A DNA stretch of 64,000 nucleotides from an uncultured Flavobacteriales bacterium (GCA_943788495.1 CALSQO010000001.1:98902-162901); one strand, 5' to 3'; shown: positions 20,615-30,982, counted from the stretch's first letter. Program-made: numbers and translations. The notes: generated by a model from the sequence alone, not told the origin.

Positions 20615-21283
20615 ATGACAAAACTTCACGCATTTACCTTCAACGCATTCGGTGAAAAAACCTACCTCCTCGACCATGGAAATGGCGATGCCACTGTGTT
20701 TGATCCCGGGATGTCCACCAAAATGGAGCAAGAAGAATTTGCAAAGTTTTGCGAAGCGATTGGTGTTGTGCCGACGCAATGCCTGCTCACACATGCACAT
20801 TTGGACCACGTGATGGGCACCGGGTGGGTTTTTGAACGATGGGGCTTGAAGCCTCGAGTGCATTTCCTGGATCTGTCAACGTACGAGCAAGCTCCAAGGG
20901 CAGCATCGGTTTACGGTGTGCGCATGGACCCGCCACCTGCGTTGGGCCCATTCCTCGCTGCGGAGGAGCGCATTCGTTGCGGGCCGTCAGAATTGGAAGT
21001 TTTGTTCACGCCGGGCCACGCTCCTGGCCATGTCGTTTTTGTAGAGCACCAGCAAGGCTGGGTTATCGGTGGCGACGTATTGTTTGAAAGGAGTGTCGGG
21101 CGAACGGATTTGCCGGGGTGCAGTCCAGCGGATTTGGTCAAAAGCATTGCAGATGTGCTCTATGCCTTGCCCGATGACTTTGAGATTTGGCCGGGCCACG
21201 GCGGCGTTACTACTGTGGGCGCTGAGAAGCGAGAGAATCCTTTCGTGAATGCGGCCGGCACTGGAATGATGCAGTCAACATGA
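20615..21283 (+). CDS. MBL-fold metallo-hydrolase (glyoxalase II-like)
   Basis: HAHLDH (HxHxDH) motif and TPGHAPGH; 222 aa from ATG 20615 (MTKLHAFTFNAFGEKTYLL). Confidence 0.8.
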   Translation: MTKLHAFTFNAFGEKTYLLDHGNGDATVFDPGMSTKMEQEEFAKFCEAIGVVPTQCLLTHAHLDHVMGTGWVFERWGLKPRVHFLDLSTYEQAPRAASVYGVRMDPPPALGPFLAAEERIRCGPSELEVLFTPGHAPGHVVFVEHQQGWVIGGDVLFERSVGRTDLPGCSPADLVKSIADVLYALPDDFEIWPGHGGVTTVGAEKRENPFVNAAGTGMMQST

Positions 21284-21300
21284 CTCGCCTTGACGGAAGT

Positions 21301-22380
21301 TCAGTGATGAGAAGGAGGGGTGACCTTTAAGTTGCGCCGTTCGGCCTCCCAGTCCAAGTTCACCAAGTTCCATGAGAAAGTCGTCCCTTGGCCAGGCTCT
21401 GAAGCAACGGAGATTTCTTGTCCATGCGACTCGATGATGTGCTTGACAATGGATAAGCCCAATCCGGAGCCCCCTGCGTGCCGTGAACGGCTCTTGTCGA
21501 CGCGGTAAAATCGCTCAAAAACACGGTCAAGGTCATCCTTGCCAATTCCAATTCCGTCATCTGCAACGGAAAGCGTGACGTCTCTTCCGTTGTTCTCTAA
21601 TCTCAAAGTGGAAGTGCCGTTTTCTTCTCCATAATGGATGGAATTTGCAACCAAATTGGTGAGGACTTGTTGCATTTGATGAGAACTGCATAAGACGTGC
21701 ATGGTATTCTCAATTGTGCCAGGCAATTCCAGTTTGAGCGTGATCTTTTTCTTTGCAGCAGCAACTTCGGCGTTTTCCAGTGCCTCCCTCATCATGTTGA
21801 CGACATTGCACGGAACAAGGGTCATTTCTATGCGGTCAGATTCCAGTTTACTAATGGTATCCAAGTCTTCAATGAGCTCCGTCATCCGATCGATATTTTT
21901 ACTGGCTTTGGTCAAGAAGTTTCGGACTAACGCTTCATCTTTTAGGTCATTTTCCATCAGGGTCAAAACGAATCCTTGAATGTTGAACAGAGGTGTTTTG
22001 AGTTCGTGCGCCAAGTTGCCGATGAATTCTTTGCGAAAAGAATCTTTCTTTCGGAGTGACTTGATGTCCTGCAATTGGTCATTTGCCCACTCAATGATGT
22101 CGTCAAGGCTCTCGCGTTCGGCATTGGATTTGGCCGAGTCTTCGACCGAGGAAATGGCCGCTGAGATCCCCTTGACCTTACTGGAGATAAACGTTTCGGC
22201 CGACCACTTGATGATTACAAAGGTGGCTGTTTCTGTTAAAAGAGCCACCAACAGTGCCAGCGCCCAGAGGTGTATAGCGTCTAGGCCTTGGAGCAAGAGA
22301 AATGTTCCAATTCCGCTGAGAACGGATAGAATTGGAGACGTTTTGAGCGCTATTTCCCGAGGAGTATTTTGTTTGCTCAC
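21301..22380 (-). CDS. Sensor histidine kinase (HisKA + HATPase_c), two N-terminal TM helices with almost no periplasmic loop
   Basis: H-box FIGNLAHELKTPL, N-box LTNLVANSIHY, G1 DDGIGIG, G2 GGSGLGLS. The GTG start overlaps the regulator's stop. Confidence 0.85.
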   Translation of the reverse strand: MSKQNTPREIALKTSPILSVLSGIGTFLLLQGLDAIHLWALALLVALLTETATFVIIKWSAETFISSKVKGISAAISSVEDSAKSNAERESLDDIIEWANDQLQDIKSLRKKDSFRKEFIGNLAHELKTPLFNIQGFVLTLMENDLKDEALVRNFLTKASKNIDRMTELIEDLDTISKLESDRIEMTLVPCNVVNMMREALENAEVAAAKKKITLKLELPGTIENTMHVLCSSHQMQQVLTNLVANSIHYGEENGTSTLRLENNGRDVTLSVADDGIGIGKDDLDRVFERFYRVDKSRSRHAGGSGLGLSIVKHIIESHGQEISVASEPGQGTTFSWNLVNLDWEAERRNLKVTPPSHH

Positions 22381-23066
22381 ACGTCAAATTTATACCCCAC
22401 TCCTTTAATGGTGGCAAAATATTCTTTTCCGAGCTTGCTCCGAAGTTTGCGCATGTGCACGTCGATGGTGCGGTCGCCGACAATTACATCATGCCCCCAG
22501 ACTTTTGTGAGGATCAGATCACGCGTAAAAACTCTTCCAGGCTCTGAGCACAGCAAAAACAGCAATTCAAACTCTTTTTTCGGGAGCGAAAGCTGGACGC
22601 CATTTTGAGTCACCAAATGCCGCTTTCGATCAATGGTAAATGCATCAAAAGCCAGCTGTTCATGAGTATCCAAATTCGGCAATCGCCGCATTAACGCTTC
22701 GACTCGTTTGATCAAAACGCGGGGGGCAACCGGTTTGGTGATGTAATCATCTGCTCCCGAATCAAACCCCACGACCTGGCTGTAATCCTCCCCTCTAGCG
22801 GAGAGAAATGCAATCAAACATTCTTTGGTTTTGGGATGCTCACGAAGTTGCTTACAGGCTTCAATGCCGTCCATTTCAGGCATCATCACGTCCAAAAGTA
22901 TCAGGTCGGGTTGAAGCCGAAGTGCCTTTTTGATGCCCGTCGCACCATTATCAGCCGTTTCGACGCGGAATCCAGCTTGATGAAGATTGAATCCGATCAA
23001 TTCGCGAATATCCGGATCGTCGTCGACAACGAGGATGGTTTTGGACAGGGCAGGCAGTGTCGGCAT
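22377..23066 (-). CDS. OmpR/PhoB-family response regulator transcription factor
   Basis: Receiver ILVVDDDPDI...LILLDVMMPEMDG, with a winged-helix C-terminus ending TIKGVGYKFDV. ATG at 23066; the track start at 23087 is a TTG. Confidence 0.85.
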   Translation of the reverse strand: MPTLPALSKTILVVDDDPDIRELIGFNLHQAGFRVETADNGATGIKKALRLQPDLILLDVMMPEMDGIEACKQLREHPKTKECLIAFLSARGEDYSQVVGFDSGADDYITKPVAPRVLIKRVEALMRRLPNLDTHEQLAFDAFTIDRKRHLVTQNGVQLSLPKKEFELLFLLCSEPGRVFTRDLILTKVWGHDVIVGDRTIDVHMRKLRSKLGKEYFATIKGVGYKFDV

Positions 23067-23135
23067 TGAGCTCCAAATATCGTCCAAAGACCGGTGGAAT
23101 TGAGAAGAAATTGTGAACCAAAGGTTATGCTAATG

Positions 23136-24227
23136 TCAATCTTTGATACGGCTAAATCGAAGCGACTTGAGCATCCAGCGTGGAAGTGGTTGGTCTTGCC
23201 CTCGTTTTTGAACGTCCAAGAAGATTCCCCATTTTTCAATAATGGGCACTTTGTACACTTCAATCATTTCAAGCCAACATTCGTCGGGATCATCGATGTA
23301 GGTGCAGTGCACCTTCGTTTCTCCCATGCCGATTGCGTCGGCGGTGTCGCACCGGAATGGAAACCCTTGTTGCTCCAACTTGGCTTCCAATGCACTCATC
23401 CCGCGCACATCGAACCCCAGGTGAGCAAATCCAAGATCACACCAAATACGGTCTTGGAATATGAATTTCCCATCGCGGTCTTCTGCTTGGATGAGTTCGA
23501 TGAATGTCTGGCCAGTCAATGTGCCAAATCCCCCAGCTCCCGGGGTAGATTGAGTAAGTCGTACGCGGCGAAAACGCTGTGCGCCATGGACGAGGTGCTG
23601 CCAATCTGTGAAGGTGTTTGTTTCATCGAAAAGTACTTGGTCAAACCCCAGGTTATCAGCATACAGTGCTAGAGATTTCTCCATGTCTGAGACGCCTATG
23701 CTACACCCCATAACTCCCCCTGAAGGATGTCCCGTGTTACCAAACCAGTCCGATGCTTCGAGGATCTGAAACACATTTCCGTCGCAATCTTTCAGGTAAA
23801 ACGTATCGTCACCCCAAGGTGTTACAGAGATTTCGCTGTCGCAATCGTTGCCAAGTACCGAACGAGCATGCTCATGCATTCGGCTGATATTGGGAGTCTT
23901 CATCTGGACGGTTGTGATTCCCAAGTCTCCAATTCCAAGCTTCCAGTTTGCCGCCACCGGTTCAAAAGAAGCCGCTCGCAAGACCTCAAAGGCGCATCCG
24001 CCTTGCAAATTGAGCACCATGCTGGCACGCTTTGAGATGGTTTCACCACGGGTGTGACTATCCATCAAAGGCGCATCTTGGATGGAGTCAAAAAACGGGA
24101 TGTCCATACCGAACAATTGCCGGTACAATTTTAAGGACCGATCCATGTCCTTGGTGGCCAACCCAATGTGCTGCATCCCTTGAATGCGAAAATCCTTTTG
24201 TTCCAATTTGCGCCTGTTTTTATTCAC
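23136..24227 (-). CDS. VOC (glyoxalase/bleomycin-resistance/dioxygenase) superfamily protein, tandem domains
   Basis: IQGMQHIGLATKDMDRSLKLYRQLFGM and a second GCSIGVSDMEKSLALYADNLGF module are typical VOC beta-alpha-beta-beta-beta starts. Confidence 0.6.
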   Translation of the reverse strand: MNKNRRKLEQKDFRIQGMQHIGLATKDMDRSLKLYRQLFGMDIPFFDSIQDAPLMDSHTRGETISKRASMVLNLQGGCAFEVLRAASFEPVAANWKLGIGDLGITTVQMKTPNISRMHEHARSVLGNDCDSEISVTPWGDDTFYLKDCDGNVFQILEASDWFGNTGHPSGGVMGCSIGVSDMEKSLALYADNLGFDQVLFDETNTFTDWQHLVHGAQRFRRVRLTQSTPGAGGFGTLTGQTFIELIQAEDRDGKFIFQDRIWCDLGFAHLGFDVRGMSALEAKLEQQGFPFRCDTADAIGMGETKVHCTYIDDPDECWLEMIEVYKVPIIEKWGIFLDVQKRGQDQPLPRWMLKSLRFSRIKD

Positions 24228-25576
24228 TTCTTCCCCAATGAATCAACCTGCCTTTCTCCCGCTTGTTCTACCACCCGCAAATAGGATTTCCAGGATTGAC
24301 GAAGCGCGGGATCCTTCCAAACCAACTGTGCCTGCTTCCGTCCTTTTTGGTCGAGGTATAAGCCGTACCACCAGCCTGCAATGCGGCTTCCAATGGCTTG
24401 GAAAATATAGCCCATCAACACCGCAGTGAGCGTGATTTTGCCCGCTGCCAAGTATGCCAATGGAACGGAGGTAAGTATCCAATACACGGGGAACAGAAAC
24501 ATCCCTGAGGATACTTTGGACGTACTGACAAAACAGGGGTCCTTGACCCGTTTTTTCGCGAATGCTTCAATCCACTTAGCCAACGGGAAGGAGGTAATCC
24601 CACCAATTAGGGCAATGGGAGTAATGAACCAAAACCAAGATGGCGAGCGTCGAACTTCATCATCATTCATGCCGAGGTCTTCCGCACGGGCATGGCGCAA
24701 AACGCCTGCATCTTGCATCCCTTTCGCAGCAGATTGGATTTCAGCCAATGCTTCATCGCTTAAGTCTTTGAAACGATCGAGTTGGGCTTTTACATTCCCC
24801 CAGTCGTCACGTTCCGTCGTGCGCATTGCTTCTACGAAAGGCAAAAGGTCGTGGTAGGCTTTTTCCGGTTGAATGTTGACCAGGACTTCATCCATTGATT
24901 TGCTCAGGGATTCGAGCAGTGGACCGGGTGCCACTGCATTCGTCTCGGGATCAATGAAGGTGTCCACTTTGATTGGCTTGCCAATTCGATAACGCAATCG
25001 CCTTCTGAAGCTAGGCATTTCTTCGTAATCGATCCCAACGGGTAGGATGCACATTTCGCGCATGGTCGGATCGAGTTTGATCCCTGCGTTTACCATGTCT
25101 GAGACTCCGCGTCTCAGCGGTCTAAGTGCTTTCATGGCTCGGTGATTTCCTTCTGGAAACAACCCCATTCGACCCCCAATTCGCAGTCGTTCAGCACAAA
25201 TTTCGAAGATGCGATTGTTGCGTTCTCGAGCATCACCAACTCGGTCGCGCTGCCGGTAGATTGGCATTTGGTTGAATGCAAAAAGGGCCTTGCGCGCAAA
25301 TTTCTGATTGAAAACATCTGCTCGTGTGAGCCAATGAACCTGGCTTTGATTGATCAGTGAGACCAGTACACAGGGGTCCATCAATCCGTTTTGGTGGTTG
25401 GAGACCACAATCGTTGGCGTTTCCGGTCGTGTCACATGTTCCATGCCCTCGACACCCTCGATGCGATGGAATCGGTTCACGGCGGCACGAACAAGCTGTA
25501 GAGCTAAGGCATAACCCCAATGCCGGCTTTGGATGGGCGGTTCGTGAAAGGGTTTGTTATTCGCTGGATCGGCCAA
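24224..25576 (-). CDS. Lysophospholipid (1-acyl-sn-glycerol-3-phosphate-type) acyltransferase with C-terminal membrane domain
   Basis: VVSNHQNGLMDP acyltransferase His-Asp block and FPEGNH block, with C-terminal TM helices. Confidence 0.7.
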   Translation of the reverse strand: MADPANNKPFHEPPIQSRHWGYALALQLVRAAVNRFHRIEGVEGMEHVTRPETPTIVVSNHQNGLMDPCVLVSLINQSQVHWLTRADVFNQKFARKALFAFNQMPIYRQRDRVGDARERNNRIFEICAERLRIGGRMGLFPEGNHRAMKALRPLRRGVSDMVNAGIKLDPTMREMCILPVGIDYEEMPSFRRRLRYRIGKPIKVDTFIDPETNAVAPGPLLESLSKSMDEVLVNIQPEKAYHDLLPFVEAMRTTERDDWGNVKAQLDRFKDLSDEALAEIQSAAKGMQDAGVLRHARAEDLGMNDDEVRRSPSWFWFITPIALIGGITSFPLAKWIEAFAKKRVKDPCFVSTSKVSSGMFLFPVYWILTSVPLAYLAAGKITLTAVLMGYIFQAIGSRIAGWWYGLYLDQKGRKQAQLVWKDPALRQSWKSYLRVVEQAGERQVDSLGKK

Positions 25577-25597
25577 TGTCGTGGGTGTTTTTGCAGG

Positions 25598-28090
25598 TTA
25601 GTCGCGAAGGCGTGCTCCTGTGTCCTCGGTAATTTTATGGAGGATGCGCTGGACACTCTGCTCAATTTGCTTTTCGTTAAGCGTACGTTCCTCATCTTGA
25701 AGCGTCAATGAAATGGCATAGGATACTTCGCCTTCAGCCAATTTCTCGCCTTCATAGACATCAAATAAGCCCAAGCGCTTCAATAGTTTTTTTTCTGCTT
25801 TTGCAGCACAATCGCGCAATTGACCAAAGGTCGTTCCTTTTTTCAAAATCAGTGATAAGTCGCGCCGAACGGCTGGGAATTTCGCAATTTCTTGGGCTTT
25901 GACGCGCTTTCTCCGACTGAGCTTGGTCAGGATGGCCATGGAGCAGTCTGCCCAGAAAACGGGTTGGTTGATGCCGCATTTTTTCGCGACCTCGCTGCGG
26001 ATCAGCCCCAATCGACCGAGTGATTGGTTCTGATAGGTCAACTCGATTCCCTCAGAAAACAAGGCCGACTGAAAGGTAGCTTCTTTGACCGCGTGCGACG
26101 CAATTCCCAAACCATCAAGCATGGCGTATACCTCGGATTTGATGCTGTAAGGCGTAGCCATATGTCCCGCATTGTTCCAATTTTCAGGAGCTGTTTTCCC
26201 CGTCTGCCACAGTCCAATGCGCTCTTTTTCAGTGTAACGATGGGAGGCATTGGTCGCCTCATTTTCCGCATTTTCTTTGTGTTCATAAACCCGTCCAATC
26301 TCAAAAAACCGCAAGTCAGGACGTTGGTGATTGCGGTTGTGTGCAATGGCCTCGAGTCCTTGAAAAAGCAATGATTGACGCATGACACCCAAATCTGAAC
26401 TTAGGGGGTTCATCAAGGCGATGCGCTTGCTGGGGTCCCAGCCGTCTGATTGTTCTCCAAAATCCTCGGTATAGGAAGAGCGGGTCATCGAATTGCTCAT
26501 GATCTCTTGAAACCCACGGCTTACCAACACATTTGCCAGTTGCAAACGAATGGATTCTTCCGCCACTCCTTCTTGATGTTGAGCCGTAGAATTCATGCGT
26601 GCTGGCAAGGGAATCTTATCAAACCCGTAAATACGCAATACCTCTTCGATTGCATCGGCGGGACGTGTTACATCCTTTCGATAAGGAGGTACTTGCAAAA
26701 CCAGTGCTTCCGGACGCTCTTCCACGATGGTGATGTCGAGATCTGTGCAAATGGCCTTGACAGCGGTTCGGTCTAAGGAAACACCAATCAGCCGATCCAA
26801 GGCTTCCCATTCTAATACAATGGTCGCACCTTTCGGGAGTTCAGCGGCACTGACTTGTTTCACTCCGACCACGGAGCATTCGGTCCATTCTTGCAGGAGG
26901 TGCGCCGCTCGTTGGAGGGCGAGCTGAATCAATTCGGGGTCAACGCCACGTTCAAAACGGAAAGAAGCATCGGTGGAAAGTCCATGACGCTTCGCCATTT
27001 TACGGGTCACGACGGGGTCGAAATAGGCCGATTCCAGAACAATTCGTTGGGTGGTTTCACTGACACCACTTTGGTCTCCTCCGTATACACCGGCGAGGCA
27101 CATGGGGCCATCTGAGTCCGCAATTACTTGGTCTTCGGCATGCAGTTCTCGTTCCGTCCCATCGAGGGTGGTGAGTTTTTCACCCGCCTTGGCATTCCGG
27201 ACGGTGATTTGATTGCCACGGATGGCGTCTGCATCGAAGGCATGCAGCGGTTGCCCGAGTTCGTGCAATACAAAATTGGTCGCATCAACGACATTGTTTT
27301 GCGGTTGAACACCAATGGCACGCAAGCGTCGTTGGGCCCATTCGGGAGAAGGGCTTATTGTGATGCCTTCGAGCAGCATTCCGCAGTAGACGGAGCATCC
27401 TTCGGGGTGGGCAACGTCAATCGAAAGCTCGTTCGTTAGCGCTTTTGGCCAGGGTGCCACGCTCGGCAGTTGCATGGAACCAACGTTTTCGGACGTGCCC
27501 TCTACTGTTTCATGGAGCAATCCGGCGCGAAGATCTCGGGCAACGCCCCAGTGGCTCATGCCGTCGGTTCGATTGGGAGTCAGTCCAATCTCTAACACCC
27601 AGTCGGACTGGAGGTTGAACACTTCAGCAGCGGGTGTGCCGGGTTGCCACTTGGCGTCGAGTTCGATGATTCCTTCATGTGATTCTCCGAGTCCGATTTC
27701 GTCTTCGGCACAAATCATTCCCATGGAGACCTCTCCTCGAATCTTTCCTTTCTTGATTTTGAAGGGCTCTCCGTCATTGGGATGAAGTGTGGTGCCGACC
27801 GTGGCGACAATCACCCTTAAATCTGCGCGCGCATTGCTTGCTCCACAGACAATTTGCAGCAGCTCTTCCTCCCCAATATTTACTTCGCAGATTTGCAGCC
27901 GATCGGCGTTTGGATGCTGCCGGGCAGTCACGATTTGGCCGGCAACAAGGCCTACCAAACCACCCGGAATGGATTCGACCGAAGCAACGCCTTCTACTTC
28001 GAGGCCGGTCGCAGTGAGCACAGCTGAAGCTTCCTCAATGGAGGAGCGGACAGGTAGCATTTGGTTCAACCAATCAAAGGAGATTTTCAT
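25598..28090 (-). CDS. pheT: Phenylalanine--tRNA ligase beta subunit
   Basis: MKISFDWLN start, tRNA-binding OB domain, B3/4, B5 and FDX-ACB regions; 830 aa. Confidence 0.95.
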   Translation of the reverse strand: MKISFDWLNQMLPVRSSIEEASAVLTATGLEVEGVASVESIPGGLVGLVAGQIVTARQHPNADRLQICEVNIGEEELLQIVCGASNARADLRVIVATVGTTLHPNDGEPFKIKKGKIRGEVSMGMICAEDEIGLGESHEGIIELDAKWQPGTPAAEVFNLQSDWVLEIGLTPNRTDGMSHWGVARDLRAGLLHETVEGTSENVGSMQLPSVAPWPKALTNELSIDVAHPEGCSVYCGMLLEGITISPSPEWAQRRLRAIGVQPQNNVVDATNFVLHELGQPLHAFDADAIRGNQITVRNAKAGEKLTTLDGTERELHAEDQVIADSDGPMCLAGVYGGDQSGVSETTQRIVLESAYFDPVVTRKMAKRHGLSTDASFRFERGVDPELIQLALQRAAHLLQEWTECSVVGVKQVSAAELPKGATIVLEWEALDRLIGVSLDRTAVKAICTDLDITIVEERPEALVLQVPPYRKDVTRPADAIEEVLRIYGFDKIPLPARMNSTAQHQEGVAEESIRLQLANVLVSRGFQEIMSNSMTRSSYTEDFGEQSDGWDPSKRIALMNPLSSDLGVMRQSLLFQGLEAIAHNRNHQRPDLRFFEIGRVYEHKENAENEATNASHRYTEKERIGLWQTGKTAPENWNNAGHMATPYSIKSEVYAMLDGLGIASHAVKEATFQSALFSEGIELTYQNQSLGRLGLIRSEVAKKCGINQPVFWADCSMAILTKLSRRKRVKAQEIAKFPAVRRDLSLILKKGTTFGQLRDCAAKAEKKLLKRLGLFDVYEGEKLAEGEVSYAISLTLQDEERTLNEKQIEQSVQRILHKITEDTGARLRD

Positions 28091-28246
28091 GGGTCGCTTA
28101 TTGGTGGTGCAAAGTTAGCAGGACTCTTCGGCTGGACATCATGAACGACACGCTTTTTGGCAATCTCCTGAACGCTTTTCAACGATTCAAAAAGAATGTT
28201 GAGTAACTTCGCCCTCCCAAAATCATTTGGATTGCGGGAATTGCAT

Positions 28247-28319
28247 CGGGATGTAGCTCAGTTGGTAGAGTACGCGTCTGGGGGACGTGTGGTCGCTGGT
28301 TCAAGTCCAGTCATCCCGA
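28247..28319 (+). tRNA. tRNA-Pro (anticodon GGG)
   Basis: I folded a 73-nt cloverleaf by hand. Acceptor stem CGGGATG/CATCCCG with C1-G72 and A73 (bacterial tRNA-Pro identity), anticodon loop CUGGGGG, T-loop TTCAAGT. No encoded CCA. Confidence 0.85.
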
Positions 28320-28330
28320 CAAAAAAGAAG

Positions 28331-28358
28331 AACCCGGAGCGTTGGCTCTGGGTTTTTA
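28331..28358 (+). terminator. Intrinsic terminator after tRNA-Pro
   Basis: A 10-bp stem AACCCGGAGC / GCTCTGGGTT with loop GTTG, followed by TTTAAT. Confidence 0.6.
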
Positions 28359-28386
28359 ATTGAATTCAAGCGTTTATACGCGCAAC

Positions 28387-28728
28387 ATGGATTACGCATT
28401 TGAACAACAATGGGGCCGTTTGGTCCAGAAAATGGAGGATCGTTTTGGCGAGCCTCCTGACCTCACGACGATGATTTTTACCGTGGGCCTGCAAGAATGT
28501 GGACAAGGTTTTCGCACATTTAAGAAAGATGAAAAGCTGGAAGTGATGCACGTGGGCGTTTGCACGCTTCTGGCCCCGATGGGATTTTACGAGGAACTGG
28601 GCACGGACGAGGACGGGTGGCCACACTTTGAAAGAACAGGAGAAATTCCTGCCGTATCAAAGGAGGAGCAAGAATTGCTCATGAAACGCGCACTGTTGGA
28701 GTATTTCGCCGCTTGGATCGCGGTTTAG
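28387..28728 (+). CDS. Hypothetical cytoplasmic protein (113 aa)
   Basis: Clean ORF from ATG 28387 (MDYAFEQQWGRLV...). No recognisable motif and no TM helix or signal peptide. Confidence 0.5.
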   Translation: MDYAFEQQWGRLVQKMEDRFGEPPDLTTMIFTVGLQECGQGFRTFKKDEKLEVMHVGVCTLLAPMGFYEELGTDEDGWPHFERTGEIPAVSKEEQELLMKRALLEYFAAWIAV

Positions 28729-28756
28729 AATCTCGGATGACCTGACATTTCTGTCT

Positions 28757-29134
28757 TTACTCGATATAAACCGTCGCCTCATTGGTCAGCTCTTCCTCAA
28801 TTTTGATGAGGCCTGTTCCGAAGAGCGCAGCTTTCGAAGCTTCAATGTCTAAAACGGCAAATCCGGCTTGCCCTTCCACATAGAACGTAGAGAAATTGAA
28901 GCTGACGGTTCCTGCGGCGTTCGTTACGGCTGTTGTGTCAAACCGGGGCTCACCGACAAAATCTTGGTCTACGGAACCAAATGCAAACAAGCGAACCGAC
29001 GCGCCTTGAACCGGAGCTCCGAGTTCATTTAGAACGACTACGTTGGCGATGGTTTCTTCAACTTCGTGGCAACTTGTGGCTAAAAAGATGAAAGAAGTCA
29101 TCAATAGGGTGAGAGAAAGGGTCGCTTTTCGCAT
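28757..29134 (-). CDS. Small lipoprotein with Ig/carboxypeptidase-regulatory-like fold (hypothetical)
   Basis: Lipobox signal MRKATLSLTLLMTSFIFLATSC from ATG 29134. The mature part is beta-rich (VVLNELGAPVQGASVRLF). Confidence 0.5.
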   Translation of the reverse strand: MRKATLSLTLLMTSFIFLATSCHEVEETIANVVVLNELGAPVQGASVRLFAFGSVDQDFVGEPRFDTTAVTNAAGTVSFNFSTFYVEGQAGFAVLDIEASKAALFGTGLIKIEEELTNEATVYIE

Positions 29135-29185
29135 CGGGTCTTCTAACTTTGCAGGGCAGTGAACCCCAAATATCTTCAAAAAGTC

Positions 29186-29932
29186 ATGAAATTCAAGTTT
29201 CTTAAGCAACATACCGCATTATTTGTGATCGCAACGTCTCTGTTTGTCGTCGCTGGGTGCAATGAAAACACGGAATCGCAGGCGGAAGCATCCGAATCTT
29301 CGACTGCCCTGAGCCGCCAAGTTCGAATTGAGACAAGCTTCGGTGATATGGTGGTTGAATTATCTGACAGCACGCCTGCACACCGCGATAATTTCATCGA
29401 ATTGGCTTCTACAGGCTTTTACGACAGCTTGCTTTTTCACCGGGTAATCAAAGGTTTTATGGTTCAGGGGGGGGATCCGAATAGCCGTGGAGCAGACTTG
29501 TCCCAGCGTTTGGGCATGGGTGGCCCCGGATACAAAGTTCCTGCGGAAATCAGGAAAGATCACTTGCACTTCAAAGGAGCATTGTCTGCAGCGCGGCAAG
29601 GAGATCAAGCAAATCCGGAGCGTGCTAGCTCAGGCAGCCAATTTTACTTGGTTCACGGGCGAACGTTCAATGAAGCCGAATTGGCGAACATTGCGGCACG
29701 TGCGGATCGCGCCAATGAGCAATTCAATCAGAATGAAAAGTTTGAATACTCGGAAGAAACGATCAAGCGGTACATGGAAGAAGGAGGCGCCCCGTTTTTG
29801 GACAACCAGTATACCGTATTTGGTCAGGTGATTTCAGGCCTCGACATCATCGATTCTATCGCCGCCGTGAAAACAGGCGCGGGTGATCGACCAATGGAGG
29901 ATGTGATCATGACCATGGAAGTGATTCGTTGA
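29186..29932 (+). CDS. Peptidylprolyl isomerase, cyclophilin type, lipoprotein/secreted
   Basis: FHRVIKGFMVQGGDP and SQFYLV cyclophilin motifs. Lipobox-like signal MKFKFLKQHTALFVIATSLFVVAGC from ATG 29186. Confidence 0.9.
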   Translation: MKFKFLKQHTALFVIATSLFVVAGCNENTESQAEASESSTALSRQVRIETSFGDMVVELSDSTPAHRDNFIELASTGFYDSLLFHRVIKGFMVQGGDPNSRGADLSQRLGMGGPGYKVPAEIRKDHLHFKGALSAARQGDQANPERASSGSQFYLVHGRTFNEAELANIAARADRANEQFNQNEKFEYSEETIKRYMEEGGAPFLDNQYTVFGQVISGLDIIDSIAAVKTGAGDRPMEDVIMTMEVIR

Positions 29933-30963
29933 TCATGGAACTAAAAGAGCAAATTCTGGCCTACCTGAGCGAGATTGATGGCAAAACACTGTCTAATTCC
30001 GAGGAGGTCGAGGAGTTTCGAATTGCTTGGCTCGGTCGAAAAGGGATCCTGAAGGATACCATGGCGGCATTCAAGGCGGCTCCAAACGACCAGAAGCGTG
30101 AACTTGGCCAGCTCGTCAATCAGCTGAAGAATGCGGCTGAAGGCCTGGTGGCGAAGGGTGCACAAGGAGACGAAGGAGGTGAATCTACCAATGAGATTTT
30201 GAACGATTGGACCCGGCCAGATGGCGGCATTCCATTGGGAGCGCACCATCCGTTGAGTGTCGTTCGCCGTGAAATTATTGGGATCTTGGAACGGATGGGA
30301 TTTGTGGTGACAGAAGGTCCAGAAATCGAGGACGATTGGCACGTATTCAGTGGGCTCAATTTCCCAGAGGAGCATCCGGCACGCGACATGCAGGACACAT
30401 TCTTTGTCGATAGAAAGCCTGACATGCTCCTGCGAACCCACACTTCTTCTGTCCAGGTGCGTGAGATGGAACGACGCGATCCTCCCATGCGGATCATGAT
30501 GCCAGGACGGGTGTTTCGGAATGAGGCCATCAGCGCGAGAGCGCATTGCATGTTTCACCAAATCGAAGGATTGTACATCGATGAAGGAGTGTCATTTGCT
30601 GACCTGAAGCAAACGCTGCTGCGCTTTGCTCAGGAATTTTTTGGGGCGGACACGAAGATTCGTTTGCGACCCTCTTACTTTCCTTTCACGGAGCCAAGTG
30701 CCGAAGTGGACGTGTATTGGGGATTGAAAACGGAAGTGGATAAGCGCATCACCAAAGGGACCGGATGGTTGGAAATTTTGGGATGCGGAATGGTTGATCC
30801 AGCGGTGTTGGAAGCGTCGGGCATTGATTCCAGAAAGTATTCCGGTTTTGCCTTCGGAATGGGGGTGGAGCGCATTGCGATGTTGAAGTATCAAATCGGT
30901 GACTTGCGGGCTTTCTTTGAAAGCGACATGCGCTTTTTGAATCAGTTCCAGGGGGAATACTAA
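29929..30963 (+). CDS. pheS: Phenylalanine--tRNA ligase alpha subunit
   Basis: HPARDMQDTF, FPFTEPSAEVDV and GFAFGMGVERIAM class II motifs; 4-nt overlap with the upstream gene. Confidence 0.95.
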   Translation: MIMELKEQILAYLSEIDGKTLSNSEEVEEFRIAWLGRKGILKDTMAAFKAAPNDQKRELGQLVNQLKNAAEGLVAKGAQGDEGGESTNEILNDWTRPDGGIPLGAHHPLSVVRREIIGILERMGFVVTEGPEIEDDWHVFSGLNFPEEHPARDMQDTFFVDRKPDMLLRTHTSSVQVREMERRDPPMRIMMPGRVFRNEAISARAHCMFHQIEGLYIDEGVSFADLKQTLLRFAQEFFGADTKIRLRPSYFPFTEPSAEVDVYWGLKTEVDKRITKGTGWLEILGCGMVDPAVLEASGIDSRKYSGFAFGMGVERIAMLKYQIGDLRAFFESDMRFLNQFQGEY

Positions 30964-30982
30964 TCCCTATTCGGAGAGGAAC

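Noticed and set aside
28247-29134. tRNA-Pro followed by two small orphan genes, considered as a possible integration hotspot or genomic islet.
   Set aside because: There is no integrase, no direct repeat of the tRNA 3' end that I could see, and no compositional break. The flanks are pheT and pheS/cyclophilin housekeeping genes.
29467-29474. G8 homopolymer inside the cyclophilin gene, considered as a possible phase-variation tract.
   Set aside because: It encodes the invariant cyclophilin motif Q-G-G-D (cag ggg ggg gat). Any slippage would destroy a conserved enzyme core. It is more likely a codon-choice coincidence.
25598-30963. pheT and pheS are uncoupled, on opposite strands and 1.8 kb apart, instead of forming a pheST operon.
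   Set aside because: Separation of pheS and pheT is, to my knowledge, common in Bacteroidota. Both genes look intact, so nothing indicates a rearrangement or a novel function.
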